Positions 46,341 to 57,311 of a stretch of 64,000 nucleotides of DNA are shown here, one piece after another. The notes under the pieces were generated by a model. It had not been told where the DNA came from. It made no database searches and was given only the letters and a program-made list of their open reading frames with translations. How positions within the stretch are numbered: position 1 is the stretch's first letter; every line of letters starts with the position of its first letter. The stretch spans positions 586,823-650,822 of the forward strand of contig NW_008246078.1 of assembly GCF_000281045.1 (NCBI RefSeq). The letters run 5' to 3'. The translations under genes and the position numbers were made by a program. Source of the DNA: Saprolegnia diclina VS20. Its lineage: Eukaryota.

Positions 46341-49300
46341 TTAGCACGTGTGGAGACGCCAGCTTTTGATATCGAAAAAGTACGTGATTTGCCGCCAGCG
46401 CACGGACACGAGCCCGGCCATGAGGGCAAACACAGCATCGATCTCGCACTCGACGTCGTTCGCTTGGACCACCAGCGTAAAGTAGCTCGCCGAGCTCAAG
46501 TACGGTGTGCGGAGCTTGCGCGGCGGCAACGCCCGCCACCGCTCGAGCACCGCGGTGCCCACGACGGCCCCCAGCGCAATCAAAACGCCCGTCAATACGC
46601 CGTCGAGACGGCCAATCGTGATGTAGCCCGTTGTACAGTCCAGCGCGCGATCCATGTCGATGTACGTGCACGCGCGTTGCAAATACGCCGTGTAGCGCGG
46701 CGGCGCTTGGCAGCCCACAGCGATCGCCCACGTCAAGAGCGAGCTCTTCCACGCATACGACGGCGTGTACTGCTGCGTGACGCTGCTCAGCAGGTCGTTC
46801 AGCACGTAGACAAGCCACGTGAGTTCGGACGCGGCAAGGACGACCTTGTACCATGGCGTCACGGGCACGACAAGGCGGGCGCCATGCCCGATCGTCTCGA
46901 GCGTCAATTGGCTCGTGTTCAAGAGCCATAGCGCCGTCGTACTTCGCACGACGAGGAGGAGGCGGCCGACCCAGACATGCCCGACGATCCGGTTGAGCTC
47001 CAAGAGGTTGAGAGCGTTGATTGCACCAAACGACGTGATGGTGTAGCACAGGACGAGCACAAGGACGCTGATGAGAATGAGCGTGACGTACTGGGCGCTC
47101 TTCCGGCAAAAGTAGCTGAGGGTCGTGTGAATCTCGGTCGGGTCGAGCACGAGCGCCAACGGCCGGAACGCCGCCGTGATGGTGCGCACTTGACCGCGGT
47201 CCCCTTGAAACGAAACGACTTCGCGCGCGCCCTGGACCCAATCAAAGAGGTAGCACCACCCTACGAACGGCCAGGCAGCGTCGTCCGTGCCGTTCAAGAG
47301 ACCTCGCTGGTACAATTGCGTGGCCGAGAGAGTGCTGGGTGTTATGTATTGGACGAGCACCACGTCCAGGTCGTTGACGGCGCTACGTGCCAATGACGCG
47401 GGCGTGGCCAACGCTTCAAAAGCTACTGCGTGCTCGACCCGGAAGGTCTGTATGGCATCGTAAATAGAGCGGCAGTCGGCTTCGGAAAACACATCCAAAG
47501 TGCAGAGACCGTCACTGTCGACGGTCGTGTCGACGCCAACAAGGGCAAAGAGGAGCGCCGGGGTGGATACTTCGATTGTTTCTGTGACCCACCAATCGCA
47601 ATCCGAGTCGAACGAGACAAAGGTGCTGGGTCCGTACTGAATGGCGATGGGGGCGAGGTCGCTGCCGCAAATGAGATTGCCGCCGACGCTGACGAGCGTC
47701 GTCTCGGCCAAAAGCTCCATCGGCAGCGCACAGATCGACGACTTGGCCGGGAGTTGGACAAAGCGCTCTTGGGCTGTCATGTTTGTGAGGGTTAGGGTCG
47801 CCAGCGCTTGCAGAAACGTGCCGTACAAGTGGCGTAGCGAGCTCGGCACCGAAATGTACTCTGTGTCGATACTACCAAACGGTCCCAACGTGCTTTGCAA
47901 CCGACTCAGGCCCACTTGCAGTGGCGCCAAAAGCGTTGTATTCGTGAGCAAGAGCTGCTCGGACGTGGTGTTGGCAAAGGCAAAGGTTGGGGCTTCCCGC
48001 AAAAGGGATCGTCCCCCAATGCCACTGACGTTGTGCGCTACGGCCCAGAGATCACTGGCAAAGGACCAGTAGAGACGCATCGACGTCTGTCGATCCGTGT
48101 GCATCGCGGGGGATGCATGCGCCATCGTGAGCGCGTAGCGCTGCCCCCACGCGGTAGCAATTTCGATGGCATCGTGGTACCCCGTGGTTTTGTAGTTTTG
48201 CCACTGCAGCCGGAACGTCGAGAGGCCGTGCGAGCGCCAAAGAGCCACTTCAGCATCGATCGTGAGGGCATTCGTCGTCGTCGCACGCCACCAGTCCTGT
48301 CCGCTTGATGTCTGCTGAAGGAGGCTCAGAAAGCCGGATTCAAACGACGAGCCCCAGCAGGCGCGCATGGCATCCCAGTCGCGGACGTTTCGAAGCGGCG
48401 CACCAAGGTACACGGCGCCATTGCTTTGCATCATGGCATCGCAGCGGGCTTGACGCGCGGCGGTACTAGCCATGGTCCAGCTCCGGTTCAAGTCGAGGTA
48501 GCAGTACTGCGTAAACATCCACGGCAGCTGGCACGGATCCATGGAGCGGAGACCGCGCACCACGGAATGCAGCGCGATCGTGTCTTCATTGAAGAGCTCG
48601 CGACGGGCGAGGTTGGCGTGCCACTCAGTCGTGCCGTGCGAGTCGCGGTAGATGGGCATACCCAGCGCTGGTGTGTCGAGCGCCACAGACGGCAGGATCT
48701 CGGTCGACGTCAGTGACAACTGCGTAAAGGTTGTCGCGAGATACGCGTGCATCCCGGACGTGTTGAAGCCCGACCAGCCAAAGTCGTTGGCGAGCGAGTC
48801 GGACATGACAGAGAGGTACGCGATATTGCTCGTGAGCGTCGTGACAAGGTACCCGAGCCCGAGAAGCGTCGAACTGTGCTGGAACCAACCGCTTTTGTAT
48901 CGAAATGGGCGGAGGCGCAGTGGCATTTTCGGGGCATTTGTGGCATGGAAGCGCAGAGACTGTCGGCGCCGACGAACGCCGTATTCTTGACAGCGCACGA
49001 CCCGCCAGAGTTTGGTGTCGAGAACGTAGCCAACACCGCGATAGTCAAAGGCTATGAGACCACACATGACGGCTGAAATCGTGTCGAGCTCGGGGGTCTC
49101 GCCGACGTGGTAGTGGGCGAGCGTCGGGGGCAAAAGCTCGTGCAATGGTTGGGACAGGCGACGTTGGCACGGCGCTAGGACGGCCAAGAGCCATGCTCCG
49201 ACTAGAAGACTGGTGAGAAGCACGAGGCGTTCCCAGCTGCCAATCACGACGCGCCCGCTGTCACACGTGACGGTCTCGAGGTTGTGAATGGAGCACTCGC

Positions 49301-51452
49301 GACGGAGCTGGACACGCCAAATGACTGGCGCGAGCTGATCGATGCAGACAAGGACGAGCCAGGTCGCAAGAAGAATGACGACTGTCGACGCACGATGCGA
49401 TTTACGTACAAGAGGCTCAACGACTTCGTGGAGGACGTAGATAAGCCAGAGACCTTCGCCAGCCAAGGCGCTCGAGAGCAAAAGCGAACGCGTGGACGTT
49501 TGCACTTGGAGAATAGCTCCAGACGGCGCCGAGAGGGCTGCGGTGGCCGTTGAAAGACACACTAGAGCGAGTCCGCTGCGCGCAAGCAGAAAGTATCGGC
49601 CAATATAGACAGCCGACACCACGGGGTTGAACATGAGCCACAACGTCGACCGGAGAGCGCACCCGAGACAGAGCGTGAGCGCGCTGACGACGCCGAGCGT
49701 CACGGTCGTCATGGCCGCCGAGTACCACAGGTACGGTCCCAGCGTTGCTGGTGCGGGGGACGCGTCCGAGACGACCGGGGGGTACGCCACCGAAATGATA
49801 TTGACCGTTTGAACATCACCTTGAAGGGAAAGGACCTCCCGCAGCCCCAACGCCCACTCGTACAGCATTGTCCAGCCAAAAAAAGCAAAACTGGGGGCGA
49901 GCAACGGTTGCATCTGGATCTGGATCTGGGACGCACTCTGGGTCTGGTTCTGTACGTACTGAAAGAGGCCAATACTGGGGTCCACCAAATGGGTCACATT
50001 CGGTGCCTTCAACGACAATGCTTGCGCCAAGCCCTCCGTCGCATGGAAGGCACGTTCGCACGCCGCTGCGTCGACGGCGGCGACACAGACGTCATCGCTG
50101 CGCACGCCCCCGAGCTGCATCAGCGCAAAGACTCCAGCGTCGACGCGCAACGACGACGTTAATGGCGCTTGGCGCTGACACACATCATCAAAGCCAAACG
50201 TCTGCTGCACAAATGCCACTGACGCGCCAAAGATACACCACGGATTGCCACTGTAAAAGCGCAATGTCGGGTCGGCCCACTGCAGCGGCCGCAGTTGCAG
50301 CAACACGGGTGGTGCAACGAGGGCGTGTAGCGCCGGCGAATTCACAAGTGCCGACGTCAAGTCGGCGCGGAATCGTTGCATGGCTTCAACAAGCGCCGGT
50401 GGAGGTAGGACCCACTTGGCATCGAGGGCGGCAAGCCACCCGACTTGGTCGTGGAGGGCTTGACCGAGTAGCGGTAGTGGACAGCCATTGATAAAGCACT
50501 CCATCGCATCGGGCGTCGTGTCGGCAAAGTAGTTGAACGTACCCCGAACCATCGTCTGGTTCTCGCTCGCGGCGTACAAGTCGTTGAAAAAGAGGTCATA
50601 GAAAAGACACGTTTTCCTATGCATGAGCCGACTCGTCGTGGGGATGCTCTTGAGCGACATGGGGACCGCGACGCCGAGGGCATTCTCAACAAGGACACTC
50701 TCGAGGAGGCCAAAGCCCGTGCCCGTGCCATATTGAAGCGCAAAGAGCTGGCATCCGTGCGAGCGCCACAGCTGCACCTCGTCGCTGATGGAAACGAGCG
50801 TGTGGGCGGTCAACGTACGCAGCCAGTCGGCGCCTTTCGCTCCGGTCGCTGCGATCGGAGTGCCGATGCGAGTGTCAAAGAGGCCGCCCGTCGACTGCCG
50901 CCACGCGTCAAAATCGATGTTGCGCAGGATTGACTCCAAGTACATGGCGGCGTTCGTTGTCTCGGACGCTGCACAGCGCGCTTGGCGCGCGGCCGAGTAG
51001 GCAAATTCCCAGTTTTTTCCAAAGTCGACCCAGCAGTACGGCGCGACAAGCCTCCACACTTGATCGGTGGAGAGCGTTCTTACGCTCTGAATTGCCGATG
51101 GCAAGGTTGTGAGGTCGTTGTAGAGGACCCGGCGGACGTAGACAGCGTCAACACCCGACGACAGCCCCCCGAGGAGCGCGACCGAGGGGGCAAAGATGTC
51201 GAGGTTGTACTCTGTCGAGTAGGGCAGTGTCGAGAGGTGGGTGTTGAGAAGCTGTCGCAACACGGGCGAGGTCGTAAAAAGGTCGGGCCACAAATAGTCG
51301 GTCGCCGTGTACGCAGAGAACGCGTCAAGGACAAAGACGCTCAGCGCCACGGAGGCGGCCACGTAAACCGTGCCGACGAGGTGGAGACGCAAGGCGACCG
51401 GTGGCGGTCCCACGCGTATGTCGTGTGTGTGCGGAGCCACAAACACTTGCAT
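46341..51452 (-). CDS. 1703-aa single-exon multi-pass membrane protein made of two homologous ~850-aa halves (Saprolegniales-type expanded hypothetical family)
   Basis: Both halves share YC(W/Y)xDxxxxWxxAx(S/T)AARQARC..N(A/G)AxYL, GWxxLx(E/D)WxxGxREVxSxQGD, and end in DxKxWR after several TM helices. Confidence 0.88.
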   Translation of the reverse strand: MQVFVAPHTHDIRVGPPPVALRLHLVGTVYVAASVALSVFVLDAFSAYTATDYLWPDLFTTSPVLRQLLNTHLSTLPYSTEYNLDIFAPSVALLGGLSSGVDAVYVRRVLYNDLTTLPSAIQSVRTLSTDQVWRLVAPYCWVDFGKNWEFAYSAARQARCAASETTNAAMYLESILRNIDFDAWRQSTGGLFDTRIGTPIAATGAKGADWLRTLTAHTLVSISDEVQLWRSHGCQLFALQYGTGTGFGLLESVLVENALGVAVPMSLKSIPTTSRLMHRKTCLFYDLFFNDLYAASENQTMVRGTFNYFADTTPDAMECFINGCPLPLLGQALHDQVGWLAALDAKWVLPPPALVEAMQRFRADLTSALVNSPALHALVAPPVLLQLRPLQWADPTLRFYSGNPWCIFGASVAFVQQTFGFDDVCQRQAPLTSSLRVDAGVFALMQLGGVRSDDVCVAAVDAAACERAFHATEGLAQALSLKAPNVTHLVDPSIGLFQYVQNQTQSASQIQIQMQPLLAPSFAFFGWTMLYEWALGLREVLSLQGDVQTVNIISVAYPPVVSDASPAPATLGPYLWYSAAMTTVTLGVVSALTLCLGCALRSTLWLMFNPVVSAVYIGRYFLLARSGLALVCLSTATAALSAPSGAILQVQTSTRSLLLSSALAGEGLWLIYVLHEVVEPLVRKSHRASTVVILLATWLVLVCIDQLAPVIWRVQLRRECSIHNLETVTCDSGRVVIGSWERLVLLTSLLVGAWLLAVLAPCQRRLSQPLHELLPPTLAHYHVGETPELDTISAVMCGLIAFDYRGVGYVLDTKLWRVVRCQEYGVRRRRQSLRFHATNAPKMPLRLRPFRYKSGWFQHSSTLLGLGYLVTTLTSNIAYLSVMSDSLANDFGWSGFNTSGMHAYLATTFTQLSLTSTEILPSVALDTPALGMPIYRDSHGTTEWHANLARRELFNEDTIALHSVVRGLRSMDPCQLPWMFTQYCYLDLNRSWTMASTAARQARCDAMMQSNGAVYLGAPLRNVRDWDAMRACWGSSFESGFLSLLQQTSSGQDWWRATTTNALTIDAEVALWRSHGLSTFRLQWQNYKTTGYHDAIEIATAWGQRYALTMAHASPAMHTDRQTSMRLYWSFASDLWAVAHNVSGIGGRSLLREAPTFAFANTTSEQLLLTNTTLLAPLQVGLSRLQSTLGPFGSIDTEYISVPSSLRHLYGTFLQALATLTLTNMTAQERFVQLPAKSSICALPMELLAETTLVSVGGNLICGSDLAPIAIQYGPSTFVSFDSDCDWWVTETIEVSTPALLFALVGVDTTVDSDGLCTLDVFSEADCRSIYDAIQTFRVEHAVAFEALATPASLARSAVNDLDVVLVQYITPSTLSATQLYQRGLLNGTDDAAWPFVGWCYLFDWVQGAREVVSFQGDRGQVRTITAAFRPLALVLDPTEIHTTLSYFCRKSAQYVTLILISVLVLVLCYTITSFGAINALNLLELNRIVGHVWVGRLLLVVRSTTALWLLNTSQLTLETIGHGARLVVPVTPWYKVVLAASELTWLVYVLNDLLSSVTQQYTPSYAWKSSLLTWAIAVGCQAPPRYTAYLQRACTYIDMDRALDCTTGYITIGRLDGVLTGVLIALGAVVGTAVLERWRALPPRKLRTPYLSSASYFTLVVQANDVECEIDAVFALMAGLVSVRWRQITYFFDIKSWRLHTC

Positions 51453-51980
51453 TATCTCCTTGATTGCCGAGTTCTCTGGTGTTGGGGCAATGAAACGACG
51501 ACGTGAAACCGGTTCGCCACGGCTGGAAAGCTGGTCCTTGTTGGTTTGAAAAGAGTTGCGTCAAAGACGATTTGAGCTGGGTTGCCGAATGGCTTGGCAG
51601 TGGCAGTGGCAGTGGCCTCGTAATTGCGAGGAGGTTTCCCTGGCCGTTGTTGCACCTGATGAGCCCGTACTACTCAGGTGTCCGGCCCGCGTACACGGAC
51701 TCGAGGCATGGGAATTGTTATGGTGGCTCCCGAATAGCGCGATACGAAGGACGGCAAACGAGCGCTTGACTTTATCATTAGACTATGAAGAGCTAAGATC
51801 ATTAGATTAGGGAGAGCTAACAAGTTGTGCCTTATGCCGTCAAAGAGGAATCGTAAGCAAGAAGTTCGACGCTTTGGCGGCGCGATCGGTCGTTTGGCGT
51901 CTCACTACAACAAGACACCTCTTGGATGACCACAGACACTTAACAAGAGCTACTGCACCATCCTTGTTGGATTACGAAGG

Positions 51981-52307
51981 TTATAAGTTGCCGACCTGCC
52001 CTTTCGTCCACGTTGTGAGACGGATCACACCGCGCTTGCCATATTCGTGGCATTGGAAGAGAGACTTGAGCGTGATCGTGCGTTCATCAACAGGATCGAG
52101 CTCGAACGGTGCATACGAGGGGGCAGTTTTGTCATACAAACTGCGCACGGCTGGGGCGTGGTAGAGGACGAAACGATGGTTCTTTGTCATGTGTTCCCGG
52201 GACTCCAGGAGCAGTCGAACCGCCGCAAGCGTAGGGTCTTGCTCCTCGCAATACACAGCAAGCGCCTTGTTGTCGATCAGAAAGAGGCGAAGCTTCAAGT
52301 CGGTCAT
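51981..52307 (-). CDS. Small putative ubiquitin-fold (beta-grasp) protein, cluster member 1
   Basis: PTLAAVRLLLESREHMTKNHRFV..FELDPVDERTITLKSLF..RGVI aligns by eye with the other six members. Confidence 0.65.
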   Translation of the reverse strand: MTDLKLRLFLIDNKALAVYCEEQDPTLAAVRLLLESREHMTKNHRFVLYHAPAVRSLYDKTAPSYAPFELDPVDERTITLKSLFQCHEYGKRGVIRLTTWTKGQVGNL

Positions 52308-52693
52308 CCCTCAAAGTTTGCAACTGAGAGCCTCGCTGCGACCATAAAATGCGGCAACGTGATGGGTGAGGACTATGCTGAGCTCAAAACAATAAATGGT
52401 GCTGGTGCCGCCGTTGGATGTGATGGCATCGGACTACATATTCTCAGGTCATACCACGACCTTGCAAAAGAAGCGTTTGAGAGACCTCCGGAGCTGCGTC
52501 AAGGTGGTCACCGCAGACGTGCAAAACGATCACTTGTAGCGTACCGATGGCTTTTGGGGTCTATTCAGTCCTGGGTTAATTCAAAAGAAAGTGGTCCAGA
52601 ACCGTCATTTCTGGAACGATCCGTCCAGACCCATCAAGGATGGATGACAAATTGCGACAGCACATCACAAGGGAATCGAACGGTCACCGCAGC

Positions 52694-52957
52694 ATGCCCT
52701 TGTACTACTTCCGCATCAAAACGCGTTATGGCCATATCGCCTACGACTATGTCACGCTGCTTCCAAATTACCCACTCCCAACGGTGGCCACAGCTCGCGA
52801 TCTGCTCACGTCTCGGGGCTTCATGACCGACTCTGATTGCTTCAAGTTCAATGAAACACGAGACAAGACTCCCCGCGTGTACACTGTCGATCGCAAAAGT
52901 GAAGGCATAATGCCGCTCGACTGCTTGAAGGGCACCGACGGTATCATTGCCGTCTAA
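52694..52957 (+). CDS. Small putative ubiquitin-fold protein, cluster member 2
   Basis: YYFRI..PTVATARDLLTSRGFM..F..YTVDRKSEGIMPLDCLKGTDGII. Confidence 0.65.
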   Translation: MPLYYFRIKTRYGHIAYDYVTLLPNYPLPTVATARDLLTSRGFMTDSDCFKFNETRDKTPRVYTVDRKSEGIMPLDCLKGTDGIIAV

Positions 52958-53510
52958 GGAGGCGTTTACCTGGCTGCAGTTGAATACATCTAGCATGCCA
53001 TTATCACGTTTGATACTGGGATAGCAAGCGAGAAGAATTGATTGGGACGAGGGAGCGCTGTACCATACCGTTCATCGAGAACTCGGATGCTTATGCGATA
53101 TGGGCTCAAATAGCTTGCTGTTGCGGGTTGGCCCCGCCCAGCAAGAACGACCCTCGTGTCAACTCGTGTCAGCGATATTTTCCCAATAGAAAGCACTGGC
53201 ACGTGGTTTTCGCCACGCCGTTTGACGAGTCGTGCAGGTTGTGCCACGTCATAGGTCGAGAAGAGCCGAAGTTGTGTCGCCTTCAAGACTGGCCAACACG
53301 CACGCTGACGAAAAAAGCATTTTCAATCGGCTTCAAGGGGCACTATTGTTGTACAACCATTGTCGCACATTCGCCACACCGTTCGTGTAGTTGGTAGCTG
53401 GAAATCTTCTGTTGGACAATCCCTCGTCTCAACGATCAAGAACGCCTCCAACCCATCTCTTGCACCGTTCTCGACTTCGTTCACAGCGGATTTCTACGTG
53501 TCTCAAAACA

Positions 53511-53786
53511 ATGGGCAGCGCGCCAACCATCTTTTTGCGCATCCACGGCAAGCGCCTTGCGATCGATGCGAAGCTTGAACCCAGCACACTCGCGGAGCTT
53601 CGCAACTACTTACAACAGCAAGACCACATGAAGGCGCACGACCGCTTCATTCTCATTCTCTACAAGAAAAAGTTGCCAGCAAAAGACAAGTATGTGCTGG
53701 TGTCATCCTCCCGCGCACCAAGAAGATGCACGACACCATGCCTGTACCACTGCCCCCACGTTGCCAACGAGCGTACCATTAACTAG
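53511..53786 (+). pseudogene. Cluster member 3, near-duplicate of member 6 with a disrupted C-terminus
   Basis: MGSAPTIFLRIHGKRLAI..PSTLAELRNYL..HDRFIL matches member 6, including about 70 bp of upstream DNA. It diverges after KDKYV and stops at ERTIN*, where member 6 continues. Confidence 0.55.
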
Positions 53787-53809
53787 TTTGATGTATGTCA
53801 AGGCTGTAG

Positions 53810-54210
53810 TCTAGCTCGCGTCCAACTAAAGTGCAACATGCGTGTTTTGCTGAAGAGTTTTAGTAGCATTGGTAAGGTGCCTCAACACGAGGCTTAAGCC
53901 ACATTTTGTATCTAGTGTATACCGGTACTTCATGCAGCATTTGTGCTGATGCTGCGCATGCTCTCAGAGCTCATGGTCAAGAGCTTGTGGTTCATCAACT
54001 CCATTTTTCTTGGATCCTAGCATTCAGATTCAGATTGGGGTACCAAAAAAGAGTATTGGACGTTTATCGGTGCGCGTGCGCTGATTAAACCTTTAAACCT
54101 CTTGCCCGGGTGGTCTCTCCCAGACGACACTTCCTTTGCCAGTATGCTGCACTGCGCTGTGGAGCTGGTCCTCACGTGATATATCTTCCCGAGCTTCGGT
54201 TGTCCTATCC
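53810..54210 (-). pseudogene. Degenerate duplicate of the CFAP141-like gene, introns retained
   Basis: Nucleotide similarity to 45415-45720 (tccatttttcttggatcctagcattcagattc, ggtgcgcg.gcgctg, gagctggtcctc), with frameshifts. Confidence 0.7.
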
Positions 54211-54299
54211 CATTATATTTAACGACCCAAAGCAGTCGTGTTCCATCACAAAATCCGAGCAAACTTCAATACTTCATTGCCAAATCAGCGATCGGTGCG

Positions 54300-54641
54300 A
54301 TGACCCGCGAGACTCTCCGATTTGTGTGTCTGGACAAGAAGATGTGTGTTGTCTTGTACAACGAGGACGTGAAGAATGATCCGGTGCTTTCTGGTCTTCG
54401 TGCCCATTTGGAAGCTGCTGGGCGCATGACCAAAGCTCATCGTTTCGTGGTTTTCAACGAGGAACAATCCGCCGGCAAGTCTACTGCAATGGAGCCGTAC
54501 GAAGTCGAGCCTTCCACCGAGTGTATCATGAGCGTCGAAGAGCTCTACCAGCACTCCGACCCAGCGACACGTGGCGTGATTTACAAGACAAAGCGGGAGG
54601 GTGGTAGATTTGACGTTTATTCGCGTTTCTCGTCACAGTAG
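54300..54641 (+). CDS. Small putative ubiquitin-fold protein, cluster member 4
   Basis: DPVLSGLRAHLEAAGRMTKAHRFVVF..PYEVEPSTECIMSVEELY..RGVI. Confidence 0.65.
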   Translation: MTRETLRFVCLDKKMCVVLYNEDVKNDPVLSGLRAHLEAAGRMTKAHRFVVFNEEQSAGKSTAMEPYEVEPSTECIMSVEELYQHSDPATRGVIYKTKREGGRFDVYSRFSSQ

Positions 54642-54822
54642 TCCTGGCTATAAGCTCAATGCGAATCGAGGTGAGCAAAGTTTGATATGGATCATCTTTG
54701 TATTCGTTGGAGCCTATCGCCTTCTCTGCCAAACTGCCATTTCACAGCTTGTATCTTTGTATACGATGTATCCGACTTGAATAGGGAGGCGCAGCTCGCT
54801 GGGGATATGCATACCGGTGTAT

Positions 54823-55507
54823 ATATATATATATGAACGTGTTTCGCGTTATCTTCATAATTACACAAAGACTTCGCATACGTAGAGACTAGCAATCTCC
54901 TTCTTCTTCATTCGCTCGCCGGTCCGTGGCTGCGCAGGCGGCGGCGCGGGGGCTCGTCTGGCTCTTCTGTCGTCGCCCTACGACGCTTGTGGCCGCGGGT
55001 GAGGCCCGTGACGACACGGTCGGTCAAATCTTTCCAGGCGTCGCGGTCGGCGGCGTGTTGCAGCCCGACGACACAGCAGAACCGCTCGACCAGCTCATCA
55101 CACCCGAAGAACTTCACGCCGCCATCAAGACGCTCCACAACAACCGTGCCTGCGGCCCCGACAACATGCCGGCCGAAATCCTCAAGGCCGTTGCCGACCT
55201 CGTCGCCATGCCGCTCGCCCAACTGCTCAACGAAGGTCTCACCACAGGACGGCCCATCCAGCTCGGCGAAGGGACGCTGATCTGCCTGCCCAAGCCCAAC
55301 AAGCCGCAAGGCGTGTGCTCGAGCCTCNNNNNNNNNNNNNNNNNNNNNNNNNNNNNNNNNNNNNNNNNNNNNNNNNNNNNNNNNNNNNNNNNNNNNNNNN
55401 NNNNNNNNNNNNNNNNNNNNNNNNNNNAAGAAACGGGGCGCCTCGGATGGGGCAAAGAAGCGGTCCGCAGCCACGTTGGCCGGGACGTCTCGACCCAGTC
55501 GCAGCAC
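54823..55507 (-). mobile_element. RTE-type LINE derivative, copy 2: same inversion junction, 15-bp TSD, spans an assembly gap
   Basis: TSD tgcataccggtgtat at 54808-54822 and 55508-55522. Nearly identical to copy 1 over ~500 bp. Right end encodes sense-strand VLRLGRDVPANVAADRFF (RTE C-terminal region). Confidence 0.88.
55328..55427. other. Assembly gap (100 N)
   Basis: Run of N inside LINE derivative copy 2. Confidence 1.
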
Positions 55508-55760
55508 TGCATACCGGTGTATTGGAATATTTGGCCAATGAGTCAAGCCCTTCACTCTTCGATCCAAATGCGCCCGACTTGCTTGTGCCTATTCGCAACA
55601 ACACTGTGCATCCAACACATCAAACTAGCTTGACGCCTAGTTCTTATCTATCACACATTGCGCTTCCTATACAAATTCCAGGGGGTTGGTGCCGTTGTCA
55701 ATTTATGTCAAAGGAACTTTCTGTTGCCGTTAAACTTGAAATCACACGCATCAGTTCAAA

Positions 55761-56024
55761 ATGGGCAGTACGTACCTTTTCAAGATTGAAGGGCGTCGTG
55801 GTGTGTACTGCAACGTTGCTGTGGCGCTTGCATCCCGCCCGAGCCCGACATTAGCTACTGCGCGCGATTTCCTCGCCTCTTTGGGCTACATGAACGACAC
55901 ACGCAGTTTCCACATTGTCGATATCCGCGGCAAGTGGACGACCAAGTACGCAGTTGAGCGTAGCGACGAAGACAAACTGCAACTGCACCGCGTGCAGGAC
56001 CAGCACGGTGTCATTCACTTGTAG
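55761..56024 (+). CDS. Small putative ubiquitin-fold protein, cluster member 5
   Basis: YLFKI..PTLATARDFLASLGYM..F..YAVERSDEDKLQLHRVQDQHGVI. Confidence 0.65.
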   Translation: MGSTYLFKIEGRRGVYCNVAVALASRPSPTLATARDFLASLGYMNDTRSFHIVDIRGKWTTKYAVERSDEDKLQLHRVQDQHGVIHL

Positions 56025-56612
56025 AGCCTCCGTTGGTCGTGAGGCCTTGTGCCTATTATAACGGACAGTAATGACAAAAGATGTGGAAGGTTCCTGTGTT
56101 CTAGTGTGATGGACTGGCTGCTGCTTTCACTCTGGAACCAAGTCTAGATCGACATCTGTGCAAACATTTTCGTCGTGTACGATAGCAACAGTACAATCCA
56201 TACCATAGTACAGCAAAACCACCCTGTTCTTTGCGCCTGTACGTCGTTGCCCGACCGTGTGAGCGACGTACCCAAAAAACTTAAAGAAAATCCGGATCCG
56301 GGTAATGATGTTGGTGAACCTTTCGCCGCGTATGCGCCGGTATATCTCACAGCAGTGTCCAAGCACCGCCATCAAGAAACAAACAACGGCAACAATGCAT
56401 CTTCATTGAAGGTGCCCAGAGGTACCCGTTTGGAGCTGCCTCGTGCTCGCGTTCTTTTGCAATGGGCTCCGAACAGCATTGACTGTGTCTCTCAAACCAT
56501 GGGACCCGTCGGTGGTGTTGGACAATACGCTACGCTAACGTCAAAGAACAACTCCAACGGGCATTCCTTGCACCGTTCTCGACGCCGTTCACAGTGCATT
56601 TTACTTGTCCCA

Positions 56613-56945
56613 ATGGGCAGCTCGCCAACCATCTTTTTGCACATTAACGGCAAGCGCCTTGCGATTGCTCTCAAGTACGAGCCCACCACACTGGCGGACC
56701 TTCGCGACTACTTGAAAAAGGAAGGCCACATGACAGACAACGACCGCTTTATCCTCTTCCGCTACAAGAGCAAATTGCCGGTGACGGACAAGCACGTGCC
56801 GTACGAAGTCGAGCCTGAGTGCGAGCGCTCGATCCCTACGAGCGCATTGTACGAGTTTGGTGATCCCTACGCCGGTGTCATTCGTCCGCGCTCCAAGAAG
56901 GTCGTTCGAGACATGCAGATTGCGCCGGCTCCGTGCAAGGCCTAA
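56613..56945 (+). CDS. Small putative ubiquitin-fold protein, cluster member 6
   Basis: IFLHINGKRLAI..PTTLADLRDYLKKEGHMTDNDRFILF..PYEVEPECERSIPTSALY..GVI. Confidence 0.7.
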   Translation: MGSSPTIFLHINGKRLAIALKYEPTTLADLRDYLKKEGHMTDNDRFILFRYKSKLPVTDKHVPYEVEPECERSIPTSALYEFGDPYAGVIRPRSKKVVRDMQIAPAPCKA

Positions 56946-57311
56946 GCTCGGAGCGTACAGTAAAGCACGCGAGCCGTAATGAGTCACAACATATTGTGGA
57001 CGGAACTTGTTAGGATTTTGTTGCGCAAGATGTCTGCTGCTACTAGGTCATTGCTTAGTGAGGGAGCGTTTCAAACTTTATTGGCGATTGGCTGGAGGTC
57101 AGCGTGTAAGGAGAGAGCCATGGCATCGTGGGACTACTAGCATCGTGGTGGCAAGGACTCCTTCTGGAAAACATCCCGAGCTTGGATCTGGCGATGCACA
57201 TCGACCGTTGACGCGCCACCCTTTCCCACGGCTAGACAAGTTGGACAATCGTAGGGCCGAGAAGCGCAACTGTAAGAACTCAACGTCTGTCATTTGCCCA
57301 TTTAGCTTGCG

